Source: Eledone cirrhosa (lineage: Eukaryota). Taken from it: DNA of 64,000 bases. The notes under the pieces were generated by a model. That model had not been told where the DNA came from. It ran no database searches and saw nothing but the letters and a program-made list of their open reading frames with translations. The stretch lies in assembly GCA_964016885.1 (NCBI GenBank), contig OZ024744.1, forward strand, positions 125,116,001 to 125,180,000, read 5' to 3'. This document shows positions 11,575 to 22,897 of the stretch, one piece after another. Each line of letters starts with the position of its first letter. The stretch's first letter is position 1. The position numbers were made by a program, and so were the translations under genes.

Positions 11575-12445
11575 CCCTTACCCTAACCCCAACCTCTTTG
11601 GTTTTCGTTTTCTCGACGGCTAGCCGCATTTCGTGATCCGCCTTTCGATTGCGCTTCCGTCGCGGCAAAAGAATTGCCTTTCCAGACCGCCGTCGCCCGA
11701 CCGGACCCATGATAGAAGACGTTCGTTACCGTTGGAGCAACGCAAATTACTCCTCGGTTGACGCCAAAAACGAACGCCTTCCCGCCTCGCGCCGCCTTCT
11801 CCTCGCCGACCCTCGGCCTCGACGATTAGCCACTTTCCGTCACAGCAGTAGATACGCGTCCGTCGTAATAGCCGTCATTTTAACGCAGGAGAAACGCCTA
11901 ATTGCCCTGCACCGCGTTTGACGGCGATCTACGACGGCGACGATGCGCGCACTCTTCCTTGCTGCGACGAAGGTTTCGGCTTTTCGTCGTGGACCCGGTC
12001 AGGTCATGCCGCTGACCTCGCGTTACGGCGACGCGAGAAGACGTTCGTTACCGCTGGAGCAACGCAAATTACTCCTCGGTTGACGCCAAAAACGAACGCC
12101 TCGCGCCGCCGCTTCCTCCTCGGCCTCGACGATTAGCCGCTTTCCGTCACAGCAGTAGATACGCGTCCATCGTAATAGCCGTCATTTTAACGCAGGAGAA
12201 ACGCCTTGACGACGATATACGACGGGTCGACGACGCGCGCACTCTTTCTGCTGCGACGAAGGTTTTGGCTTTTCGTTGTGGACCCGGTCGGGTCATGCCT
12301 CTGACCTCGCGTTGCGTCGCCACCGCCGCGGCGGGCTTGGGTTTAGCCGTAGCTACCCTCGTTTTGCCAACGGCGACGCGAGAAGACGTTCGTTACCGCT
12401 GGAGCAACGCAAATTACTCCTCGGATGAGGCCAAAAACGAACGCT
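11575..12445 (+). repeat. Diverged paralogue of the spacer-repeat/ETS-like region (about 2.5 ~300-bp leader units)
   Basis: Shares gaagacgttcgttaccgctggagcaacgcaaattactcctcgg, ccgtcacagcagtag and tgctgcgacgaaggttt with 18551-20130. Preceded by ccctaaccccaacc. Confidence 0.9.
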
Positions 12446-12523
12446 GAAGAGATATTGTCCATGGATATCGGGAATTTTACCCGCCCTAGATAGATAGATA
12501 GATAGGGATGTATGTATGTATGT

Positions 12524-12565
<42 letters not shown>

Positions 12566-12944
12566 GTATGTATCTTTCTCATTCTCTCTGTATGTATGTA
12601 TGTATGTATATATATATAATTATATATTTATAGACATCCTGAAAGCTTTTTAAATGTCTGAGAGATTGGCTAAATATGTTTTGCAGGTATGACCAGTAAG
12701 AGAGAGGTAAGTTATTTCAAAACAATTCTTTGACCATTATTTTAAGGTACTATCTCAGTGTATTTTTAAATTGACCTCTTGATAGGATGAAATGACCTGT
12801 ATAATTTTTTTCATATTTAGATGGAATAGAAGAAAAACAAGAAAAATGAAATGAATTCAAACAGAAAATATACACCAATGCCAATGGAGGTATGATTTCA
12901 GTTTAATCTTAACCTAATGACCACTTTACAGAGTGTACTGGATA

Positions 12945-13025
<81 letters not shown>

Positions 13026-13477
13026 AGGAAGCTCCAACCGTTAAGGTTGTCTTTCCATTTATTAATATATTGTGTATTTACTCCACTAAACTGTTGAGTG
13101 CTTTATATCAGTTATAAAAAAATTTCAGCTTGTTGAATCCCAAAATAGTTGTTGAAACAGCCACAGCTCAGCCGTCGGGGTCCTGAATATTTATCATATA
13201 TATATACGTATGAGTGTGTGTGTTTTGAGAATTAATAATTATATAAACAAGTTTGTAATGAACAATTTATTTCTTATCAAAACTGTATAAACATGATATT
13301 ATTTACAGTAAGAATAACAATAATAATGATGGTTTCTAGTAAAGGTGGAAGGCCAGTAATTTGGGGGAGGGGAAAGTTGATTAAATCGAAGAGAGAAAGA
13401 AAGAAAAAACAGAACGGGAAGGAGAGGGGATGGCAAGAGGTCCGGTGTCGCAGGAGAGAGGGGAGGGTGGTTGAGCT

Positions 13478-13965
13478 TTGAGTCTAGGGCAAGAGGGCAG
13501 AAATGCTGCGCCCCACGGATAAGACGGCAAAAATATTCTCGCGGACGATGGCCAGAGATACCCAATGCAACAACCACCCAACCTCGCGGTGTTCCCTCCT
13601 CAGATGGGCTGCTGACTCTCCGATCTTTTGGAGGAGCTCGGCAGTACAAGGTCCAAGTACTCCTGGGGTCTCGACGTTGACTGGTGCAGAGAGGAAGTGG
13701 CCGGACAATCCTCGGTATTTGTTTATTTTACGTTCTTCTGCGAGGTGGGCTGCGATGCCGGGGTTTGTGACCGAAACGACTTGGAAACGAAGTTGTAGGC
13801 GGAGATTGTGTCGTAGCTGGTGGTGTCCCAGATGAGGGACCTACGTCCTTCGAATGGGAAGAGAGTGATTCCGTCGGGGCGCTTGCCATCTCCGGGACCT
13901 GTTGGCCCCAGTTGTGATGGGAAGCCAGCTGCGTCCAGGCTTCTTCTCAATATGTCGTTGACAAC
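13478..13965 (-). mobile_element. CRE-like RLE non-LTR retrotransposon 3' fragment (frameshifted)
   Basis: RRSLDAAGFPS..DGKRPDGITLFPF..SLIWD, then PVNVETPGVLGP..LLQKIG..VSLAIVR. Confidence 0.8.
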
Positions 13966-14514
13966 GACGTGTATCTATTCAATAATTATTTGAATATTGA
14001 AATTTTAGGTTTAACTACCTTTTAAACCAAATACATTAAGAAAGGCATGACCAACACCACATCATTTTTATTTCTATTTTGAAAGTAGGTTTATAAGTAT
14101 TAAATTTCAGTAGATTCTTATATCCTTCATGGTGGTCTGGTGGGAGATACGAGAGATGGTGGAGGTTCTGGTCTGGGGTTCAATCCTGCTCAGGAGATAC
14201 TCTAAGGGGGTTCATACTAAACTTCTTCAGTGTTTCTTATCTCTAGAGACAAATATATATACATAAGGTAATCTGGTAAAGTTGTTAGAACATCACATAG
14301 AATTCTTTGTAGTATTTTTTCCAGTTCTTCAATCTGAGTTCAACTTTACTTTTCTTCCATTCGGGGTTGATAATAACGTACCAGTCAAATACTAGGGGTT
14401 AATTCTTCCTCTATATCTCTTTCTCACTCTCTGTCTGTTTTATTAAGACCTGGAGAGGTGATGTACTCTACCAGGTTTTATAATGAGTGATGGGGTCATA
14501 CCTGCCTGCTACAC

Positions 14515-14840
14515 CTCTGTGTACTAAGTGTAGCATATTATATCCTTGTTCAGGGCCTTCCTGACATTACTGTGTACTAAGGGTAGCATTTTATATCCTT
14601 GTTCAGGGCCATCTTAACATTGCTGTGTACTAAGTGTAGCATATTATATCCTTGTTCGGGGCCTTCCTGACATTAGTGTGTACTGAGTGTAGATTTTAAC
14701 ATCCTTGTTCTGGGCCTTCCTAACATTACTGTGTACTGAGTGTAGATTTTAACATCTTTGTTCAGAGCCTTCCTTACATTACTGTGTACTAAGTGTAGCA
14801 TTTCATATACTTGTTCTGGGCCTTCCTAACGTTACTGTGG
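14515..14840 (+). repeat. ~53-54-bp minisatellite (~6 copies)
   Basis: ctgtgtactaagtgtagcat..atccttgttc.gggccttcct.acatta is repeated. Confidence 0.9.
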
Positions 14841-15612
14841 AAATAGTAGTTTATATCCAATATGTAATATAGATATGGATTCTACAGGACTAAAACTCAT
14901 TAATATGAGGGGTATTAGTAGATTATATGCCATATTTAATAGAGAAATGGCTTCTACAAGACTAAAACTCATTAATATGAGGGGTATTACAGTTTATATG
15001 CCATATTTAATACAGAAATGGCTTCTAAAGGACTAGAACTCTTTAAATTGAATAAAATAGTAGTATATATCCTATGTTTAATACAGAAATGCCTTCTAAA
15101 GGACTCATTAATATGAGGGTATTAGTAGATTATATAACATATTTAATACAGAAATGGCTTTTAAATTCAGGGACTCGTTAATTTGATGGAAATAGTAGTG
15201 TCTATGCAATATTTAATACAGAAATAGCTTCTACAGGACTAAAACTAATTAATATGAGGGGTATTAGTAGTATATGTGCCATATTTAATACAGAGATGGC
15301 TTCTAAATGGAGGTATCTCATTAATTCGATTGAAATGGTAGTGTATATGCAATATTTAATACAGAAATAGCTTCTACAAGAATAAAACTCATTAATATGA
15401 AGGTTATTATTACATTATATGCCATATTTAATACAGAAATCGGTTCTAAAGGACTAGAACTCTTTAATTCAAATCAAATAGTAGTATAAAGCAATATTTA
15501 CTACAGAAATGGCTTCTACAAGACTAAAAATCCTTAATATGAGGGGTATTGTTAGATTATATACCATATTTAATACAGAAATGGCTTCTAAATGAAGAAA
15601 TCTCTTTAATTC
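14841..15612 (+). repeat. ~71-72-bp AT-rich minisatellite (~11 copies)
   Basis: atatttaatacagaaatggcttcta..gactaaaactcattaatatgagggg is repeated. Confidence 0.9.
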
Positions 15613-16270
15613 GATAGTAATAGTAATAATAATAATAGTAATAGTAATAATACAGCCAATTTTCCACGCAATACTTTTAGTTAGCACCCCGAACGCATAA
15701 TTGGGAATATAATCACTTATTTCCTAATGTTTGTTGAGTGAGTTGGGAAAAAAAACTTGGGAAATATATTTTCAGGGTCTCAAAATCTTAAAGAGAAAAA
15801 AAAGTCCTGTGGAAGGTAGCAAAACAATTAGGAAGAAAATGGTTTGAAGTTGGTTGGTGAGTATAAGATTACAGTATCTTGTTGATTTCTATAAAGTTTA
15901 CTTTTAACTGAATTGGTAAAAATGGATAAATTAGAAGACACAATATAATAACTAATATTGTCTTCTAAAACAGGGAATAAAAATATGTTGGTGTATTGGG
16001 GGGGGGGGGGGTAAACATGTGAGTTAATGGGAATGTTTTTGTTTGTTTTTATTGAAACATATTCAATCTACAGATAGGTTGTTATAGTTATTTAGTCTCG
16101 GGTCTGCCATTATCTGCAGATTTATAATTGAGGGGTGTTCCAGGTGTGACCACCCTACATTATTCCTAGAGATTGTTACTTCTTCATTCTTCAGTCATCT
16201 TGGTCTTCTTATGAGATGGTGGTGTAGTCTTATTTATTGTTAAGGTTATGGTCTTCCTTTGTCCACACTC

Positions 16271-16308
<38 letters not shown>

Positions 16309-16554
16309 AAAGGCTTCCTTCTCTGGAAAAAGATGATTTAATATTCACAACCATCTGTCTAATTGTTTTCTGATGAGAATAAAGTTAATCTTGCTTGTAT
16401 GTCTACCTGATCAAATGACTGGCTGATATCTTGAAGTCATTTACACCACAGAACTGTAGGAGTCTTGATCCCTCAAGCCATACCTCTAGCCATCATGTAC
16501 TCCAAAAGAGTCTCACCTTGGTGCTACTCAACATGTCCATTAAATTTAGCAGCA

Positions 16555-17335
16555 AGGATGCCCTCTTCTTAGTGAGAGACAACTACAAGAGAGGTTCTTA
16601 GAGAAGAATAAGCCACTATAGTTAACTTTTGTTGACATAGAGAACCCCGATCTGTCATCTGGTGGTCCTTAAGGAAACTAGGTGTAGGGGAATGGCTTGT
16701 GAGGACAGTGCAAGCTATGTACAAGGGTGCTGTCAGTAAAGTGAGAGGAGGAATTCCAGAAACAAAGTAGGTGTACATCAGGGTTCGGTCCTCAGTCCGC
16801 TCTTGTTCATTATAGTCCTCCCTCCCTCCCTCCCTCCCTCCCTCCAAGCCATAACAGAGGAGGAGTAGTTTAAGACTGGATGCCCATGGGAACTTCTCTA
16901 TGCTGACGATCTGGTTCTTATAGCAGAATCAGTAGAGGAGCTAGCTAGAGAATAAATTCTGGCTATGGAAACAGCAGTAGTTGGAATCAAGAAGACTGAG
17001 AGTGAACCTAGCTAAGACAAAAGTGTTTATAAGTAGAAGAGAGGACAAAACTCTGATTCTGTCAGGGAAATGGCCATGTTCGATATGTAGGAAAGGAGTT
17101 GGCATAAATTCTATGAAATGTAGTACGCAATGCAGATCTTGGCTACACAAGAGATGTAGTGGGATAGCAGGAAAACTGACTGACAGGTAGGGAGAAATAC
17201 GTATGCAGTAGATGTACAGGGAAATTTGACAGAGATTGCAGTGATAGACACATTTTTCAAATGCAGGTGGGATCTATAGAGGGAGTTGATAGCTTCTGAT
17301 ACCTAGGTGATCAGATTAGTAAGGGAGGAGGGTGA
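16555..17335 (+). mobile_element. Degenerate RTE LINE, RT core
   Basis: KVGVHQGSVLSPLLFIIVL at 16765-16820, CPWELLYADDLVL at 16880-16920, then LRVNLAKTKV and SGKWPCSICRKGVG. Confidence 0.88.
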
Positions 17336-17863
17336 TATAAAATATATTGTTATCATGACTGTCTTTATTATTTAAATTACCTCTGTCTATTTACAGATTT
17401 TACAGAGTGTACTGGGTGCTTTTATGATGGGAGCAGCAACTCTATACGATTTTACAGAGTGTACTTGGTGCTTTTATCATGGCACATGGCAGCAGCAGCA
17501 GCAGCAACTACGATTTTACAGAGTGTACTTGGTGCTTTTTACTCTGACATCAGCACTGAGGAAGTTGTCATATTTTCAGCTAAATTAATGAGTAGAAAAA
17601 CCAAGTTTCTGCTACAAAAAATTCTCAGATTCAAGGGAGACATTCAGTTTAAGTATGGTATACTGTCACTAAGGCAGCAAATTGGCAGAGTCGCTAGAAT
17701 ATCAGATAGCATTCTTTACATTATTTGTTTCAGCTCTCTGTTCTCTCAATTCAAATCCTGCTCAGGTCAACTTTGCCTTTCATCCATACAAAATAGATTA
17801 ATAAAAGTACCAGTGTATTACTGGGGTCAATTCTTCTTCTAACTCTTCTGCACTTCCATTCTC

Positions 17864-17900
<37 letters not shown>

Positions 17901-18129
17901 GCTTCTTTAGAACACATCTGCTGTATTCAGACCTGGAGCGGAGATGGGCTCCACCAAGTTTTAAAAATTGCCCTTTAAGCGCTGTATGTCAATATGGTGC
18001 CCCTATGATTCCCTCCCTCAGGAGTTATGGGACCATAGATACTGTCAATTGTAAAGAATAACAGAGATATTCAGTGCTAGTGTGGTGTTCTGTCAGTTGT
18101 GGAGATTGATGAATCTAAACAGAAATATC

Positions 18130-18330
18130 AACAGCACTTTTCATTTCTGAGTAACACATTTGTTACCAAGTGCTGCATGGCTGGAATGAAAATCAGTGCT
18201 GTGAAAACCAAGACATTCATCCTCTCAAGGAAGCTTGTGCAGTGCACTCTACATGTAAATGGAGTCCCACTGAAGCAGGTAGAAAAGTTCATGTATCTCG
18301 AAGCTGTGTTCACGAGTGATGACAGAGACG
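18130..18330 (+). mobile_element. RTE-like RT thumb fragment
   Basis: GMKISAVKTK..VNGVPLKQVEKFMYL..FTSD. Confidence 0.7.
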
Positions 18331-18460
18331 GCAAAGGCACAACACACAACAGAAGAAAAGAACAATGACAATTATTATTATTATTATTATTATTATTTGT
18401 TTTATTAGTTTTATTATAATAAAAATTGTGCTGTTAGTTTGCTTGCTATACCATCATGTA

Positions 18461-18553
18461 CCCTAACCCTAAACCTAATCCCAACTCCAACTCTGACCCT
18501 AAACCTAACCCCAACCCCAACCCCAACCCTAACCCTAACCCTAACCCTAACCC
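18461..18553 (+). repeat. Interstitial telomeric tract (CCCTAA)n with variants
   Basis: About 15 hexamers (ccctaa, ccccaa, acctaa and others), purest next to the 169-bp array. Confidence 0.9.
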
Positions 18554-19818
18554 ACGATAGAAGACGTTCGTTACCGCTGGAGCAACGCAAATTACTCCTC
18601 GGTTGACGCCAAAAACGAACGCCTTCTCGACGGCTAGCCGCATTTCGTGATCCGCCTTTCGATTGCGCTTCCGTCGCGGAAAAAGAATTGCCTTTATAGG
18701 CCGCCGCCGCCCGACCGGACCCACGATAGAAGACGTTCGTTACCGCTGGAGCAACGCAAATTACTCCTCGGTTGACGCCAAAAACGAACGCCTTCTCGAC
18801 GGCTAGCCGCATTTCGTGATCCGCCTTTCGATTGCGCTTCCGTCGCGGAAAAAGAATTGCCTTTATAGGCCGCCGCCGCCCGACCGGACCCACGATAGAA
18901 GACGTTCGTTACCGCTGGAGCAACGCAAATTACTCCTCGGTTGACGCCAAAAACGAACGCCTTCTCGACGGCTAGCCGCATTTCGTGATCCGCCTTTCGA
19001 TTGCGCTTCCGTCGCGGAAAAAGAATTGCCTTTATAGGCCGCCGCCGCCCGACCGGACCCACGATAGAAGACGTTCGTTACCGCTGGAGCAACGCAAATT
19101 ACTCCTCGGTTGACGCCAAAAACGAACGCCTTCTCGACGGCTAGCCGCATTTCGTGATCCGCCTTTCGATTGCGCTTCCGTCGCGGAAAAAGAATTGCCT
19201 TTATAGGCCGCCGCCGCCCGACCGGACCCACGATAGAAGACGTTCGTTACCGCTGGAGCAACGCAAATTACTCCTCGGTTGACGCCAAAAACGAACGCCT
19301 TCTCGACGGCTAGCCGCATTTCGTGATCCGCCTTTCGATTGCGCTTCCGTCGCGGAAAAAGAATTGCCTTTATAGGCCGCCGCCGCCGCCCGACCGGACC
19401 CACGATAGAAGACGTTCGTTACCGCTGGAGCAACGCAAATTACTCCTCGGTTGACGCCAAAAACGAACGCCTTCTCGACGGCTAGCCGCATTTCGTGATC
19501 CGCCTTTCGATTGCGCTTCCGTCGCGGAAAAAGAATTGCCTTTATAGGCCGCCGCCGCCGCCCGACCGGACCCACGATAGAAGACGTTCGTTACCGCTGG
19601 AGCAACGCAAATTACTCCTCGGTTGACGCCAAAAACGAACGCCTTCTCGACGGCTAGCCGCATTTCGTGATCCGCCTTTCGATTGCGCTTCCGTCGCGGA
19701 AAAAGAATTGCCTTTATAGGCCGCCGCCGCCGCCCGACCGGACCCACGATAGAAGACGTTCGTTACCGCTGGAGCAACGCAAATTACTCCTCGGTTGACG
19801 CCAAAAACGAACGCCTTC
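18551..19818 (+). repeat. 169/172-bp GC-rich tandem array (7 full units plus a partial), rDNA spacer/promoter-like subrepeats
   Basis: Periods are 169 x4 then 172 x3 (one extra GCC). Each unit has TTTATAGG(CCG)n. The array lies directly upstream of the leader and the 18S start. Confidence 0.9.
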
Positions 19819-20175
19819 CGGTTCGGGCGACGTAAAAGTCTGTAGCCTTTTCGCCGATCCTCGACGATTATCCGCCTTCCGAACAACCGCCTTTCCGCCG
19901 TCACAGCAGTAGGTACTCGTCCGTCGTAATAGCCGTCATTTTAATGCAGGAGAAACGCCTAAATGCACTGCGATTGACGACGATCTACGACGCGCTTACT
20001 CTTCCTTGCTGCGACGAAGGTTTCGTTCGGCTTTTCGTCGTGGACCCGGTCAGGTCATGCCGCTGATCTCGCGTTGCGTCGTTACCGCTGGAGCAACGCA
20101 AATTACTCCTCGTTTAACGCCAACATCGAACGCGCTTCGGTTCTCGGTCGTCGTTGTTTTGTTTCGTGCGGAAGA
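19819..20175 (+). other. 5' ETS-like leader
   Basis: CpG-rich segment between the subrepeats and the 18S 5' end. The assignment is positional. Confidence 0.6.
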
Positions 20176-20360
20176 TACCTGGGTGATCCTGCCAGTAGTC
20201 ATATGCTTGTCTCAAAGCTTAAGCCATGCAAGTGGAAGTTCATGCCGTAAACGAAAATGGTGAAACCGCGAATGGCTCAGGAACCGGATCTAATCCTCGG
20301 GACCGTATTCCTCACCGCGAGGAGAGGATAACTGTGGCAATTCTAGAGCTAATACATGCA
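20176..20360 (+). pseudogene. 18S rRNA: 18S rRNA 5' fragment (~first 185 nt)
   Basis: TACCTGGGTGATCCTGCCAGTAGTCATATGCTTGTCTCAAAG.TTAAGCCATGCA..GTGAAACCGCGAATGGCTCA..GGATAACTGTGGCAATTCTAGAGCTAATACATGC matches the eukaryotic 18S start. Colinearity then ends. Confidence 0.95.
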
Positions 20361-20364
20361 ATTG

Positions 20365-21088
20365 AGATCGGAGAGGGAGCGATCCGTCTGCTTGATTCCG
20401 ATAACGAACGAGACATTCGTATCCGAAAGAACGTTTGTCTGGAAACTGGTGCAGTCAGTGAGTCGAAAAAAAAATATCTCGGTGGTAGTAGCAAATATTC
20501 GAACGAGACATTCGTATGCGAAAGAACGTTTGTCGGTGGTAGTAGCAAATATTCGAACGAGACATTCGTATGCGAAAGAACGTTTGTCGGTGGTAGTAGC
20601 AAATATTCGAACGAGACATTCGTATGCGAAAGAACGTTTGTCTGGAAGTGGCGATCCATGCCCGGTGGATAGTTGGTTCCGGGTTTTACTATGATTGTTG
20701 CAAAACAGAAACTTAAAGGGATTGACAGAATTTGCGATTCCGGAGAGAGGGCGATCCGTCTGCTTGATTCCGATAACGAACGAGACATTCGTATCCGAAA
20801 GAACGTTTGTCTGGAAACTGGTGAGTCAGTGAGTCGAAAAAAAAATATCTCGGTGGTAGTAGCAAATATTCGTATGCGAAAAAAAGATCTCGGTGGTAGT
20901 AGCAAATATTCGAACGAGACATTCGTATGCGAAAGAAAAATATCTCGGTGGTAGTAGCAAATATTCGAACGAGACATTCGTATTCGAAAGAACGTTTGTC
21001 TGGAAGTTGCGATCCATGCCCGGTGGATAGTTGGTTCCGGGCTTTACTATGATTGTTGCAAAACAGAAACTTAAAGGAATTGACAGAA
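20365..21088 (+). repeat. Chimeric 18S/28S-derived satellite, 2 monomers with 54-bp subrepeats
   Basis: 18S-like GATTCCGGAGAG.G, TTCCGATAACGAACGAGAC and GAAACTTAAAGGAATTGAC occur together with 28S-like AGATCTCGGTGGTAGTAGCAAATATTC. Confidence 0.9.
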
Positions 21089-21117
21089 TTTTCGAATCGA
21101 CATCAACTCGGCTACGG

Positions 21118-21475
21118 CTATCCCGTCGAGTACGAGAGTATCGCGGGATCAGAGCAACGGTTTGCTAGGCTGCCTCTGAGCGATAACGGCTGAACGCCTC
21201 CTCTAAGCCGGAACCCTAGCCGGACCCGAGTTGTTTTTCGACAAGCGTCTCGACCTTCTTAAGGCCCATGCCTTAGTTTGGCGATTGCCGTCCGTTCGCC
21301 GACGGCGGCAGCGTCAGCGGAAATGCCATTCTGTGACGACTACGACGATTCGTCGTCGTCGTCGTCCATTCGATTTCCTGAAAGAGATAGAGACTAAAGT
21401 GATCAAATTGTTCGGAGTTACGTGCTTAGTAGAGCAGCTACCACACTGCAATCTATTGAGAGTTTTCTGACGAAC
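21118..21475 (+). pseudogene. 28S rRNA: 28S rRNA 3'-terminal fragment including sarcin-ricin-like hairpin
   Basis: AGTACGAGAG at 21129, GGCTGAACGCCTC(CT)CTAAG at ~21190, and TAGAGCAGCTACC..CTGCAATCTATTGAGAG at 21430-21461, in the 28S order. Confidence 0.88.
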
Positions 21476-21840
21476 GATACAATCCGCCCACGTGGCGCCA
21501 GAAAGGGAGAAGAAAAGAAAAGTTAGACGCCGCCGATCGATCGGTTCGTTGTTTTACGTGTACACAGCTTGTGTGTGTGTCTGTATGTGATACAAGCCGC
21601 CTATCCGTCTTCCAAGTAAGTTTTGTGTGTAGACTGCGGAAAGAAATCCAATCCGCCGTCTAGGCGGTTCTGCCGCCGACCCATACTTTTGCGAGTCGCT
21701 CCCGGGAAAGACAGGCGGCAAGACGGCGTGTATACACGACGCCTTCCGTCTTCCGCCTCGAACCCGGGCAAACGTTCCTTTATTCGTCCACGCCTTCCCG
21801 CTTCGATCGCGAGAAAGTAATCAATCTGTTTTGTGTGTGT
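21476..21840 (+). other. 3' ETS-like CpG-rich trailer
   Basis: Follows the 28S end and has the same CpG-rich composition as the leader. The assignment is positional. Confidence 0.45.
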
Positions 21841-22339
21841 GTCTGTGTGTGATACAAATTTGTTTTCTTAATTTGATAACCATGAATTGTTTCAACACCG
21901 GCCCTTTTAAGGGCCACTTATATTTTCAATAATCAGTTTAAATGGGTTGCACCGTAGCCACTTGGTAATACACTGCAAATCTCCCGTCAATCTATGAAGG
22001 TTTTGTAGTAGATTAGATCAAAACACAATCAGCAAGACAGTAATGGAATGAATAATATAAACATTTGTTTATAATTAAAGCCTTAAGATGTCCCTCCCTC
22101 CCTCCCTTCCTCCCTTCCTTCCTTCCTTCCTTCCTTCCTTACGATATACACTTTAATAACATTGAAACTTATTTAATAAGTTTAAATTTTAAACACTTTT
22201 TATTCAGACGTACCGCGATAAGTAACTAGATATGTTCTAACGAATAATCCGCGATGTGGCGAGGATTACCGCGATAGGAAATTAGATACGTTCCAAAGAA
22301 ATATCCGCGAAAAGTGAACCGCGATATAGCGGGTTCACC

Positions 22340-22690
22340 AGCCAGTGTATTACTGGTACTTTATTTTATCGACCCCCATAAGGATGAAAGGCAAAGTTAA
22401 CTGTGCAATAACAAAGGGAGATAACCTCGTCTTTTTTTTTTTACGGAGTTATTTCCCTTTAAATTTTATCTATTACTTATGATGATACAATTTAATCAGT
22501 TCTTAGCTGTCGAGACACTGCATCCTTTAAAACCTCCATGGAACAAGCTACCTGCAACAGTTGTTAGCTGTCGAGACACTGCATCTTTTAAAACCTCCAT
22601 GGAACAAACTACCTGCATCAGTTGTTAGGGTCTGAGTTCAAATCACGCCGAGGAGGTTAACTTTGCCTTTCATCCTTACGGGGTCGGTCG
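22340..22690. mobile_element. Two SINE fragments (22340-22402 minus, 22628-22686 plus) around a 63-bp duplication
   Basis: Same SINE core as 2691-2812. ttagctgtcgagacactgcatc occurs at 22503 and 22564. Confidence 0.7.
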
Positions 22691-22897
22691 GAAAACGAAC
22701 CATTCCCGGTTCGCTTTCGAAGCGGGTTTCCGAAAACAGCGCTTCTCTCGACCGGGCCCGTCGTCCGCTCGGCGGTGGTTTTCATCGTCCCAGGCACGGC
22801 TAACAGGCGGAGACGGGACAAACGCGCGTGTTCCTTTTTTTTATCAGCCGCAGCGCCGTTCGTATATATGCTTAGGTTGTTTTTTTTTTAAATATCC

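Noticed and set aside
18414-19904. Overlapping ~122-aa ORFs MGPVGRRR...
   Set aside because: They come from frame rotation through a 169/172-bp GC-rich tandem repeat, and start at GTG.
20480-20640. 54-bp repeats resembling a CRISPR array
   Set aside because: The repeats are head-to-tail with no unique spacers, there are no cas genes, and the context is eukaryotic.
20176-21475. Functional 18S/28S rRNA genes
   Set aside because: Only ~185 nt of 18S and ~350 nt of 28S are colinear. The decoding centre, peptidyl-transferase core and 5.8S were not found.
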